A DNA stretch of 64,000 nucleotides from Hamiltosporidium tvaerminnensis FI-OER-3-3 (lineage: Eukaryota > Fungi > Microsporidia), in NCBI GenBank assembly GCA_022605425.2, contig JAKIMF020000005.1, positions 558,001-622,000 on the forward strand, given 5' to 3'. Under the pieces are notes generated by a model. The model searched no databases. It was given only the letters and a program-made list of their open reading frames with translations, and was not told where the DNA came from. Position numbers and translations under genes: made by a program. Positions 1 through 11,300 of the stretch are shown here, in pieces; within the stretch, counting starts at the first letter, position 1; the number at the start of each line of letters is the position of its first letter.

Positions 1-487
1 ATGTAAAAGCATGGAAACCTAGTCTTGCTCACTCGGGTTAGAAGACTTAGCGCCTGGAAGATATAAAAATAAAAACCATTTAAAGCCGGGAGAGCTAAGT
101 GTCAGTTATACCTGTTGGTATGACATTGCACTGTCTAGGTGGACCCCATGTAAATCTCTAAAATATATCTTAGCTAGAAGTTTATTGGGTTCAGAAAGTG
201 TAGAGTAAGTGGGAATGCTGCATAGTCTTGGGGGTGCCCAGGGGGGCTTAGCCTTCGATCACACTCCATGCAACGGACATTAACGAACTCCGGGCAACTG
301 ACTCGCCTATTAATTAGGTTCTACACACACCTGGCAGATGAAAGGCTTTGGGACGTAGGTATCGCAGGGGTTACCGATGGAGTTTTGGGGTAGCAGTCAT
401 TTATGTTAAACCTAGAACTGCGTTAATGTCATAAAAACAAATATAACACTTGCCACTATTTTAAAAAGATGTGATATTTTAAATAAA
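1..487 (+). mobile_element. ~730-nt dispersed non-coding SINE-like element, copy A (5' part lies outside the window)
   Basis: Near-identical to 49075-49566 and to the reverse complement of 51698-52190; ends in the family 3' end AAAAGATGTGATATTTTAAATAAA. Confidence 0.85.
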
Positions 488-1632
488 TTTCATATCAAAA
501 AGAAACCAGGAAAATACCGGTAGTAAAAAAAGTAAATTAAATAAAATAAGTGAAAATATCAACAAATTATAAAAAAAATATCGAAAACAAAGAAGTTTTT
601 TTTCATAAGCAACGTAGCTATAGAATCGATCAATAGTTGAACAGGGACTTTAATATTTTTGCTTATATTTTTTTAGCTGGGGCCTGGCGTTCAGATATTT
701 TTCACTGTAAAATTCGCATTTTTGGAAAATTTTCTGTGTATACAAAATCGAAAAAAAGAAAATTCAAGTTTACACAATATAAAATCAAGAAAAATATCAT
801 AAGATTTTTTTCTTTCCAATTAGTGCTGAAAAAATGTTTTTTAATCAGAAATATTAAAACTGTGTACTTTATTGATGTATTTTACTAATTTCTTTTATTT
901 TATAATTTTACATAAACTACTAATAATTAAAATTTGAACGAATAGACCGGAAATTTTTTAAAGTAGTATTTTTAGGCCAAAAAGTTTCTAGGATAAATCA
1001 AGAAAAAGGTATATATATTTAGGTAAATTTAATAATATAAGTTTATAAGAAGAAATTGGATTTTATTATTAATATTCTGAAAACTCCTTTAACTGGCATT
1101 TTATTTTGGTTATCTGTAAATTAAGTATTTTTAAAACCTTTCGAAAAATAATTATTGATGTGAAATAGGATAATTTTCATATGCGTATTATTGTTTTTTT
1201 GTATGTTTTAAATTTTATTTTATTAATTGAAAGAATTATAATGCGTAAAAACCAGTACATCATAGCCTCGCGATATTAAAAAACAATATTTAAACTTTAT
1301 TTGTACATGGTTTTTGATCTTTTAATTTTGAAATATGTATTTTTGATTGGATTGTAAGAATATATCAAAAAAACTCTAGTTATCACATATTCTTGGAAAT
1401 AATTATAAAATATTATTTATAGAGTCGAAATAAAACGAAGCTCAGGATAAAATTCATATAGAAAAGGGTTAAATCGCCAAGCTTATTGGCCAAAACCGGT
1501 TGGTAGCAGTAGTAGGTTCGATTAAAATAGACTCTGTTTAATTTTAACTAAACCAAGATTATGAAAACTATTCGAAAACATTTGAAAACATCCCAAAAAG
1601 AATATCATTCAATTATTATGCAAATTCGAAGA

Positions 1633-2235
1633 TACACAGTAGACTTTATTTAAAAGTATCACATCTTTTTAAAATATTGGCCAGTGTTATATTTGTTTCA
1701 TGACATTAACGCAGTTCTAGGTTAAACATAAATGACTGCTACCCCAACACTCCATCGGTAACCCCTGCGATACCCGTCCAAAGCCTTTCATCTGCCAGGT
1801 GTGTAGAACCTAATTAATAGGCGAGGAAGTTGCCCGAGTTCGTTAATGTCCGTTGCATAGGTGATCAGGCAGAAGCGTTCACATGCATATTCCACTTACT
1901 GTACACTTTTGCACAAACTTTGTAGATATATTTCAAGATTTACATAGTCCACTGATATGTCATACCAGTTACCTGTACTTAGTTTCTGGTTTTAATATTT
2001 TGTTTTATTCCGTGTTTACGTGCAAGGCTGGTTTCATGCTTTTATGGCATATCTACATGTTCGCTGCGGTCTGATCTGTTAATAAAAACTAAAATAATTT
2101 TGTAAAAAGTCTCCATTCTTAGACCCCTCTTCATACAACTCCCATGGAACAACCAAAATCTGGTGGTTGTATTCCACCAAAATCCAAACAATGTCCTCAC
2201 ACCGTTCCATACATTGCCATTTATTGGTACCCATC
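1633..2235 (-). mobile_element. SINE-like element copy B, slightly 5'-truncated, 14-bp TSD
   Basis: Reverse-complement homology to the family; flanked by direct repeat TGCAAATTCGAAGA at 1619-1632 and 2236-2249; many single-base deletions. Confidence 0.88.
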
Positions 2236-4367
2236 TGCAAATTCGAAGAATATATTAAAAATATAAGTTTCTTGATTATATTATGAAGATTTTTTTAACA
2301 AAAATACTAAAATAAAAAGCTAATATATCAGCAGGCTATGGTAAAAAAATCAGTATATTGTTTCACTTGTTGACAAATTACTTTTAGACGCTGTTATTTT
2401 AATTTTTATGATCTTACTCGACTGTGTAATTAGAAATATATGAGTTTTTAATTTTATTAGATAATGATTTTGATGCAAAAAGTATCTGCTTCTTTAATTA
2501 TTTTATCATTTGTCGATATATTTAAGAACGATAGTATCTAAAACTGATGAAGTTCAACGGGTTTTCTGAAAAATAAAATTTTGGAATAGCACATGGAAAA
2601 ATTCACGAACGATTTATTTGAATTTTCTAAACGAGTTCAGAAATCTTCGATTTTTACAAAAATGATGCACAATCTAAGATCAAGGGGAATTCAACACGAA
2701 AAAATTTTGATAGAGTAAAAAGAAGCTTTTACTATGATTTAGAAAAAATTGTTTGGCAAAATCAACCGCTAGCCTCATATTTCTTCTACTAATGGCTTTT
2801 GCTTACCTAGATTTAATCTCAATAAAAATTAATAGATTTAAACTAACTAATTTATCATAAAAGATGATGAAGCTTAGGCAGGAATATAAGAAATGAAAGC
2901 ATCTAGATAGAGTGAAGAAACTTTTAGTTCTGTGTTAGAAAGTGAATGTATATCTAAGATTATTGAGTTAAAAGGGTGATGTGGGAATATTAACTAGGAA
3001 AGGTGGGTTTTTACATAGAAAAACTAATAACAAAACTATCTTTTTGTTTGTAAAAACCTTACTTCAAAGTAAATAGCAGGTTAATCAATAGAATCATATA
3101 AAACTTGAATGAAGTACACTCGGTGAATTTTTATAACAAATAAAAATATAAAATTGTACCTCGGGTTTTACAAATCAAGAAATAAAGTTTTCTAGGTTTT
3201 AGCCTCCCCCATAGTTATTTAGAAAGAAACACTTCTAGCACTCTATACACAACCTTCTGTTACACTTAGTATATTCAAATATTTCTAGCGTAAAGAAAGA
3301 ATCTTATGGGATTGTAATACTTTGCAATTTGAATGGATATTCGAAATTGGATTGAAGAATTTTTCACATGTCTATGCTACAAGCAATGACTAAGCAGTTT
3401 GATTCTTATGTCTATATCTTTTACAAACACAAGTTCGGGCTTTCAAAGCAAATCAAAAGGTCTTTACTGTAAGCAGTCCCTAGAAATGTGTTTGCTGAAA
3501 TAATTGTAGACATATACTTTTTTCTGATGCCAAAAATTGAATTAATAGATTAGATATGTTTATCTTCAAAAAGATATATATTATAATATTGCTTTATACA
3601 GTCTGAATCACTATACTAGGCTCACTTCAGATTTATAAAATCGAGAAATAAAAAAATGCTTTTTCAAATAAATGTCTTATTGATAACTATAGTAACTATA
3701 TTGTTCTTTGAGTGGTTACTTGATTATTTTGGTTTAATATCAAACACAGTTCCATAAATCCAAATATCTTTACGAATAGATATAACATCTTGTCAATATC
3801 GCTCAAAAATTGACGAACTTATAGGCTTTGATCAACATAGAGGCTTGAAATCGAGACCAAATTCCCAGAAGAGCTCAAAAATGCATTGATAAACGCCATA
3901 CAAATATCGAAGATACCTGAAGAACTTATATTTAACTTGCTACTTTCAAACAAGAAAGAATATGTGAAGCAAATAGATATAAAGATTATTTAACTCTGAT
4001 GTATGAATAAATCGACTTTGGTTCAAGGAATGCCTCAAAATATGAAAATGAAGTCAAATTTAAAAGATGATAAATTGAATAGAAAAAGAGTAGAACAAGC
4101 TAAGATAGGAATAAACTAGAAATAACCTAATTAAATAAAAACCTAGTTTTATTTTATTATTGGCAATTTTAAATTATTCCGGTGAAATAGAAAGCCAAAA
4201 ATCTGTTTATAAAAATACTAAGCCACGTAAAATAATGTTATTTAATAAATATTTTCGTGATAATAGAAAGGCAAGCAAGTTTATAAATATTTAAAATATA
4301 CAGTAAATGAAAATTAGGCAATAAATATTTATTTATATCTGAATATTTTTATTCATATTAAATTTAT

Positions 4368-4847
4368 TTATTCAAATACTATTTTAGAATGATATTTTTT
4401 TATATTATTTCTTACTTCTTCTTCATATTTAAATTTATTTTTCATATAAACACTGCAAGATGTACCATTAGCTGGAGAGTGTATATTAGGAGAAATTAGA
4501 AGATGTTGAATAGATAAAAGTATCTGTAGAATGTTCATAGTGGGTTTCCATTTTTCGGGTGTTAAAATATCTAAACATACTTGTCCATTTGTATAAACAT
4601 TGGGATGATAAACAAAATTTTTAAAAAATGCTTTTGGAGGAGAAAGTGGATAATTTTTTGGAAATGAAAGTAATATTTGAAAGTATGAATTTTTATACAA
4701 ATCATTCAATGGACCAGGAAATCCACAGTTCCAATTTAAAAGATCTATTTTTTTTTCATTCTTTATCGGTTTGCCAAAAAATAAATATTTCCTGTCTTTT
4801 CTTAAATTATTCCTTTCTGTTAGCAATCTTTCATTTGCTGAAATCAT
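4368..4847 (-). CDS. UBC9: SUMO-conjugating enzyme E2 (Ubc9-like)
   Basis: UBC fold motifs: RLLTER..RKD, NWNCGFPG, FPKNYPLSPP, HPNVY..GQVC(cat)LDIL, WKP; HPNVY and the N-terminus are Ubc9-type; CCC motif before ATG. Confidence 0.85.
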   Translation of the reverse strand: MISANERLLTERNNLRKDRKYLFFGKPIKNEKKIDLLNWNCGFPGPLNDLYKNSYFQILLSFPKNYPLSPPKAFFKNFVYHPNVYTNGQVCLDILTPEKWKPTMNILQILLSIQHLLISPNIHSPANGTSCSVYMKNKFKYEEEVRNNIKKYHSKIVFE

Positions 4848-5376
4848 TTAGGGTAGTATTGGCTTTTTACAAGTGTATTCCTTTACCAATTAAAAAAAAT
4901 ATATAAAAATATCAAATTATTTTTTTAAATCATATTCGAGACAAAATAAGTGAATAAATAAATTTATTTAAATTTTAAGTCAACATTATATCGAAATATA
5001 TAAATAAATAGATTTATATTTCAATTTCAATTATTATTTAATGATTTTATATTCAGATACTATTATTTACCTTCATATGATTTTTTTGTTTTCAAATTTC
5101 CTTTAGATTTATAAAACATTATTTATGATACCTACATATTTATGTCGGATAGAAAAATTTTACTATTTTTAAACTTTTTATTGCTTCAAAAAATTCGGTT
5201 TTTCTAATTTTTTTCATTCCGGAACTAAATTTACAGACTAAAAAAAACACTTAGCAAATAAATTCAAAGTTTAAACCTCTTCAGCTATGATATTTCCATT
5301 GCATGTTTTTTTATTAACAGTAAATCATTATTTTGTTTCAAGAAAATATTAAAATGAAGGGGATAGTAATTTTTTC

Positions 5377-5571
5377 ATTGGCTGTTTTTTTTACTTAGGT
5401 ATGAAATAAACCAGCAACGATTTAAAGCTTGCCTATGCAGTAATTTGAGTAAAACAAATATATAGATGAAAATTTGAAGGTTTTCTATTGGTTGTTCAGA
5501 ATAATTTCATATCAGTATCTATTTCTATTGGAAATATGTCAGATAAGATAAAATTCTCTTTTTTTTATTGG
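5377..5571 (+). promoter_or_regulatory. Cluster of inverted CCAAT boxes (ATTGG) upstream of the Fes1-like gene
   Basis: ATTGG at 5377, 5487, 5527 and 5567 (last three exactly 40 nt apart) in the divergent UBC9/FES1 intergenic region. Confidence 0.45.
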
Positions 5572-5632
5572 TTTTTAAAAAGGAGAATCAAATTATTTAA
5601 ATTTTTTTTGTTTCAGAATCGTCCCTTCTAAT

Positions 5633-6151
5633 ATGGAAAGAAAAAAATTAACATCAGAGGATATTGAAAATATGAAGACTATACTTAATCCTTATCCAGT
5701 TGTAGTCGAAAATTTTCTAGATAATATAGAGAATTTGACAGATTTGAAAGAAAAATTAGAAGAAATTGAAGAATTGAGTTCAATAATGGTTGCTATTGAT
5801 GTATGTGGTAATCCAGATGTAATGAATAAATTTGAAAGAATAATGAAAATGATGGAACAAAAGGAACTATATGGCGCAATTTGTAGATTGTTTGCTGACT
5901 GTTGTCAAAATTTTGATGTTGTACAGGCAAAATTGGTTAAAATCGAAATATTTGAAAAAATCAAATATAATTGGTCACTTAACGATAGTACTTATCTTCT
6001 GTTTTCCTTGTGTATGAACAATCCAGCTATTACTAAATTGTTTTTTTCTAAATATTACAGGCCAGATCTTTTTGATCCCGGTAATGATAGAATAGGAAGG
6101 TTGATAGAATACTATGGAAGCCTGGAGGCCACTACTAATGCTTTAAATTAA
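5633..6151 (+). CDS. Fes1/HspBP1-like Hsp70 nucleotide exchange factor (reduced ARM repeats)
   Basis: LEEIEEL..I.VAID; ADCCQNFDVVQ resembles Fes1 GTAVQNNP..Q; LFSLCMNNP resembles ALSNLIRN; CCCTT motif before ATG. Confidence 0.6.
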   Translation: MERKKLTSEDIENMKTILNPYPVVVENFLDNIENLTDLKEKLEEIEELSSIMVAIDVCGNPDVMNKFERIMKMMEQKELYGAICRLFADCCQNFDVVQAKLVKIEIFEKIKYNWSLNDSTYLLFSLCMNNPAITKLFFSKYYRPDLFDPGNDRIGRLIEYYGSLEATTNALN

Positions 6152-7591
6152 TTTTTATTATTTTTTAAGTTTTTAAAGTGTTTATAATATTTTGTATTAT
6201 TTGGATAGAAATTTATATTTTTTTTGCCTTTAATATTTTTTTAACAATAAATCTTTTATATGTTAATACATTGTACAAAAATAAAGATTTTTCGTTTATA
6301 TTTCTTATTTTTAAGGTTTAATAGGGGAGGTTTGAAGATTATATTTTTTTAAACATAATATGAAATTTTATTATACAATTCATTAAATAATTTAAAATTT
6401 ATTTCCTGATTTTGCATTTGTATTATAAATAATCTCAAAATATTACTATCATTGTATATCATCTACTCAGCGCATTTTGATTCACGTTCAATATCAATTT
6501 AAATCAAGTAAAATTTTTATTATATCAGTCAAAAAATTTTGATTTAAAATTATATATAATCGACTAACTAAGAGTATCTTGAAATTGCGTAAACTCTGGC
6601 AACATAATCTGTCCAATTATTGCAGGTAGTTTTCAATAAATGGGAATATTTCATTCGCAAAGCAGTTAGATAGTAAAATTACGCGTAGCTTTAAATTTTA
6701 ACTTAAGGACCTGGTTAAATATTTTTTCATAAATCCAACACAAAGAACAATGTAGAAGAAACAGATACTAAATTTTAACGAAATAATGAAATCCACTAGA
6801 CGCTAAAATAATTTGATATTCTATTTGAAAATGTTTTATTTTAAATACCAAAAAAATTAGATATTTTATATAAACTTAATTTATTAAAAACCGGTAAAAT
6901 CTCCGGGTATTTTTTTATCTAATCAAGATTTAATTTTAATCAGTAAAATTTATGATTTCTAAATTAAATAATAATATCTTATCTTTCGCTTTTATAATTT
7001 CATTTTAAAACGTTTTTCTAATTTATTGTTTAAATATATTCGAAATAATTTAAATATTGTTCAAAATCTGGCATGAAAAAAAATGTTTTTGAAGAATTTT
7101 ATATCTGATACACATATTATAAATTCGCAATTATATCTTGTTTTAAAAATATAAATAACTCAATGATTTTTATAAATCGCTAGTAGCTTGCTTGCTAATT
7201 AATTTAGAAATAAAGAGAACTTTCGTTCCAACAGCAATATTCTGTAACATATTTGTATTAATCATATAATTGAAGGCGAGAATAATTTGTAAGAACTATG
7301 AATTTCTGTCAATAAATTAGATCAAGGGAGCATTTTATAGTCAAATCTGAAAAGATTTGTTCTTTTTTCATTCTAATTCGTTTTTTTTTAAATTTTGCTT
7401 AAAATTTGAAAAGCTATTTGGATATTTTCGTTAGGCAATGCCAAAATAATGTTTCTATACGAATTGTAGTAGAAAAAAACAATCTAAAAAGATATTTCAG
7501 TAAAAAAATTGTTTGTTTTTAATATTCTTCATGAATTTAATATAAAAAAAACGGTTTTTAATTTAATTAATTAATATATAATCGAAAGGGA

Positions 7592-8380
7592 ATGTTTAGA
7601 TTTATGATAAAATTCTATTTTTTAATTAAATTAAACATTATAAAATTTTTGGATATACGAATCCTTATGTTTAGTTTCTATGTTTGCCCGGTTCTGAAGT
7701 TTATCTTTTCTTTTGTAAGATCTTCAAAAAGAGGTGATGAACTTGAAAATGATCAATCAATTTTACTTGGATCTGAATCAGTATGCCATTTACAAGATAC
7801 TGTTTCACTTGTACGTGACAATAGTATGAATAAGAAGAAATTTCACTTTCGAAGAAAGAAAAGAGTAAAACGTAAAAGATCATTGTCTAAATCGGATCTA
7901 AATTTTACAGATGAAGAAACCAGTCTAAACGGTAAAATTTCAGATATTATATCCATAATTAATGACATTCGAAAAGAAATTAAAGATGGTAGTGATATAA
8001 AATCTCTCTTGATAAAACTGCAGGAGTTGATTACTTCGATTTTTGGCTGTCGAGAAGGATTTATTGATAAAAAAATTAATTTAAATATAATTTGTCTTGA
8101 CTTACAAAAATCTATCGAAGACCACAATAAAAAATTAAATACTATCGAAACAGATTGTAAAGCCATTTATGAAAAAATTAGAATTATAAATGCAAAAATA
8201 TACGAAAATAATTTGAAAAATGAACAAGAACTCATTGAGTTATTACAAAAATTTTTGGGCTACACAAATAAGATGATACTCGTTTTTGAAAAATTGCAAA
8301 ATTGTTTCGCTGAATACAGAATGATTAAAAAAAGCATTACAATAACTGAATCATTTAAAAATGTACAAAATGATCAATAA
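7592..8380 (+). CDS. Hypothetical protein: hydrophobic N-terminus, basic NLS-like patch, coiled-coil C-half
   Basis: 262-aa ORF in AT-rich DNA; KKKFHFRRKKRVKRKRS; heptad-like I/L pattern; GGG before ATG; start uncertain. Confidence 0.6.
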   Translation: MFRFMIKFYFLIKLNIIKFLDIRILMFSFYVCPVLKFIFSFVRSSKRGDELENDQSILLGSESVCHLQDTVSLVRDNSMNKKKFHFRRKKRVKRKRSLSKSDLNFTDEETSLNGKISDIISIINDIRKEIKDGSDIKSLLIKLQELITSIFGCREGFIDKKINLNIICLDLQKSIEDHNKKLNTIETDCKAIYEKIRIINAKIYENNLKNEQELIELLQKFLGYTNKMILVFEKLQNCFAEYRMIKKSITITESFKNVQNDQ

Positions 8381-8820
8381 ACTATTTCATTTGAGGAAAT
8401 GATTTAAAATCATCACTGTTCTTTAAAAACATGGTTTATAAGAATTATCTTTTGGCCTTTCTAATATATTATTATTTTTTACATACATTGATTATGTCCA
8501 TGAATGAATACATTTAATCATATTGCGGAAATTTTTTACAAAAGTGGTATAACTTCGTCATTAAATGAAATTTCGTTTTATTCTAGTACAAAAATTATTA
8601 TATTAAAAAAACACTAAGGTTGAGAAATTTTATGTTATTTGAGTGATTAATTCCAATATTAAAAAAAACAATCTGCTCTACTAAATGCAGACTTTTTTAT
8701 TTTTCATAATTAATGAAACTGTCGTAAAAAACATATCATGTTAGTATATAAATGTATTATATTATATTATTAAATAGTAAAATTAAAACTTGTGTGAAAT
8801 TTTTTTCATCTTTGCACTAC

Positions 8821-10150
8821 CAGCCCTGCACGAGCCTTGGTCTCGTCCAGTAATATTGCACACCGGTGTTTTTCTAGTGATTTTGTTTACCTTTTTGGGG
8901 TTGGTAACAAGGTTGTTTTAAAAGAGTGGGTTGTTGGCCCTAGGCTCAACCTGGAAAACCAGTCCTTTTAATCGCCTTCTACGACAAGCAGAGAATAAAC
9001 CAAGCCAATTGTGTTTCTGGCAAGGCGGGATAGTTAATATTATTTACAAAAACAAAACTAATTCCTTTTATAGACTCGTATACAAAAAAACGGACAATTT
9101 TTTGCATATCAAAATGCCAATTCCTGTATCTATAATATTTTATTTTAATATTATCAGATATATATTTGAAGCTGTGTTCTGCTATATCCAGGATAGAAAT
9201 GTATTCTGGGGAGCAGATGGTGTGTGTCAACATTGCGGGAAGTCTGGTAAGACTGTGGATCATCTAGCAACTAGATGTGAAAAAATGCTAGGCCATGATT
9301 ACACTAGACGGCATAATGAAGTGGTTAGATGCCTACACCTTCTCCTTCTAAATAGATATAAGTTTAAGTCTTCAAAACGAATAAGGAGCCACTCAGTTCA
9401 AGAAATTCTTGATAATGAGTATGCAGAGATAAGAGTGGACACCAGAATTAAAACTGATGTTAAAATTCGGAATAACAGACCGGACATATTTATTTTAGAT
9501 AAGAAGAAGAATAAGATAATACTCATTGAAGTAGGAATCACTTCCCAAGATTCACTTCAAATAGTTGAAACTGAAAAACTTAGGAAGTATGACCTGCTAG
9601 CCAATGAGTTGGGCCTTATTTATAAGTGTAGTGTTGAGATAATCCCTTATGTGATGACCTGGGACGGTATTGTGACAAAATACCATAAATCTCATCTTAA
9701 AAGACTAGAAATACCCATGAATGTAGAAGCATACATTCAGTCTATAGTACTTAAAAAGACAGTCGAAACTATTTCCTTTGATCGACGAAGAGGACTTGAG
9801 TCAGGACTAAATGCCGAAGAGAGCTGGGAGAGAGCGTCAATGGGTGTTATTATGAGATCAGAGATGCATGAGGAACCAATACCCCCTTTAAAAGAAGCGA
9901 AAACAGAGGAAGATGGTGCCAAAAATTTTAAACCAAAATATAAAGCCCCCTTTATTTTACAAGGAGGAACCACTTTAGAGGAACCGACCAATAACATAAA
10001 TGAAGAGTCGGATTTGGAAGAAGAGACAAAAGTGGTCAAAGAGGTAGAAGAAAATATGTAAAAATGGTAAAAAATATTTTAACCCAGAATTTTATTAAAT
10101 AAAATTTCAGATATATATTTTAATGCTTGTATATTATTCAAATTTTGTTT
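8821..10150 (+). mobile_element. Internally deleted R4/Dong-like non-LTR retrotransposon (5' leader joined to zinc-knuckle/RLE 3' end, no RT)
   Basis: 8821-8960 resembles the 5' end of the 32.2-35.6 kb element; 9168-10100 matches its 3' end; possible imperfect TSD TTTGCACTAC (8811-8820) / TTTTCACTAC (10151-10160). Confidence 0.75.
9114..10061 (+). CDS. CCHC zinc knuckle + restriction-like (PD-(D/E)xK) endonuclease, retrotransposon C-terminal module
   Basis: CQHC-x8-H-x4-C, YTRRHNEVV, NRPDIFILD..IILIEVGIT..EKLRKY; frame open from 8931, first ATG at 9114. Confidence 0.8.
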   Translation: MPIPVSIIFYFNIIRYIFEAVFCYIQDRNVFWGADGVCQHCGKSGKTVDHLATRCEKMLGHDYTRRHNEVVRCLHLLLLNRYKFKSSKRIRSHSVQEILDNEYAEIRVDTRIKTDVKIRNNRPDIFILDKKKNKIILIEVGITSQDSLQIVETEKLRKYDLLANELGLIYKCSVEIIPYVMTWDGIVTKYHKSHLKRLEIPMNVEAYIQSIVLKKTVETISFDRRRGLESGLNAEESWERASMGVIMRSEMHEEPIPPLKEAKTEEDGAKNFKPKYKAPFILQGGTTLEEPTNNINEESDLEEETKVVKEVEENM

Positions 10151-10249
10151 TTTTCACTACATATTTATAACTTAAGTTTAATTTTCCTAATTATTGAGTA
10201 TTTTCGTATAAAATACTTTTTAAAATCTAATTCAAAGACATGATTAATT

Positions 10250-11300
10250 TATTAATCTATCTAAAGTATTTTCGAATATGCCCCTGTTATAAAATACCAA
10301 TATTTAGACTTTCTCTGACGAACTTCTTTGTATACACTAGTAATTAGTCTTATGATTTTCATACTAGATATTTTCTTTATCGAATATACTTGGGATTGGA
10401 TATCTCTACAAAGTTTACACAATAAAGTATAAATCCTGGCCAAAAGCTGCTATTTTACTTTACCTTCCTTAATATAATTTTCTAGATTTAAATGAGTATT
10501 TACTACTTATATCTAACTAGTAACTATCTGAACACAATCAAATCATAATGTTCTATCTTTTGAAGCAACATGTGCAAAAAAAGACTATTAACTAGAGTGA
10601 TATTTCAGAATTGGTAATTTAAAACTTTCATAAATGCAAATCAAAGGTGAACTATCTGAAGAATCAAACCCGCTCATTTTGTTTATTGATATCATTTAAT
10701 AATCGATCTTAGAATTTTTTATTGTGCAGAATAAATATTTTTCTAAAATGATTGCAGATCTAAATTTAAAAACAGATAGGAAAAACACAGCTTTAAAAAA
10801 ACCCAATCTTTTACAACTGGTCCTCTATTATTGTCCTAAACAGTTAATTTAAATCTAAGTTAGACACTTAGTCTCAAAAAAGTAAGAAATTTATGTTCTG
10901 TAGAACTTATGTTCCATAAAAGGAAACTTTTAAAATAATTGGGCCTTAAATTATGTCTCATCCGGTGATTGATAGATATATTATGAGTAAATTAAGATGT
11001 CTCTTTTTTAATAACAGTTATAATACTGCCATAGAATTAGCATAAAGATGTTTAGAATTGGTATCAATATGATGTAGAATCTGCTAAAATCTAAAGTAGT
11101 TGAATATCCAGCCAAATAACTTCGTCTTCTAAAGTATTTGGACTACTTGGCTCTTATCGTAAAATGAAATTTACAACAATCACTTGAGCAAAAATTCAAA
11201 ATATATTTTCAAACTAGATGAAAACGCTCGCCATAATTTTCATCACTAAATAATTGTTGATACAAAATTATTTTTAGTTTATTGTGTGTCTACTATAATT
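10250..11300 (-). pseudogene. Highly eroded Ty3/Gypsy-like pol remnant (RT/RNase H)
   Basis: Manual minus-strand fragments GYSTTLDFSRF (cf. FSTLDL..GY) near 11080-11110 and LPILKY...FAHVAS (cf. PILKYPD..F.L.TDAS) near 10560-10620; many stops; boundaries approximate. Confidence 0.35.

Noticed and set aside
2550-4000. Possible Tc1/mariner and gag-like remnants
   Set aside because: Only isolated few-residue resemblances; not supportable without a profile search
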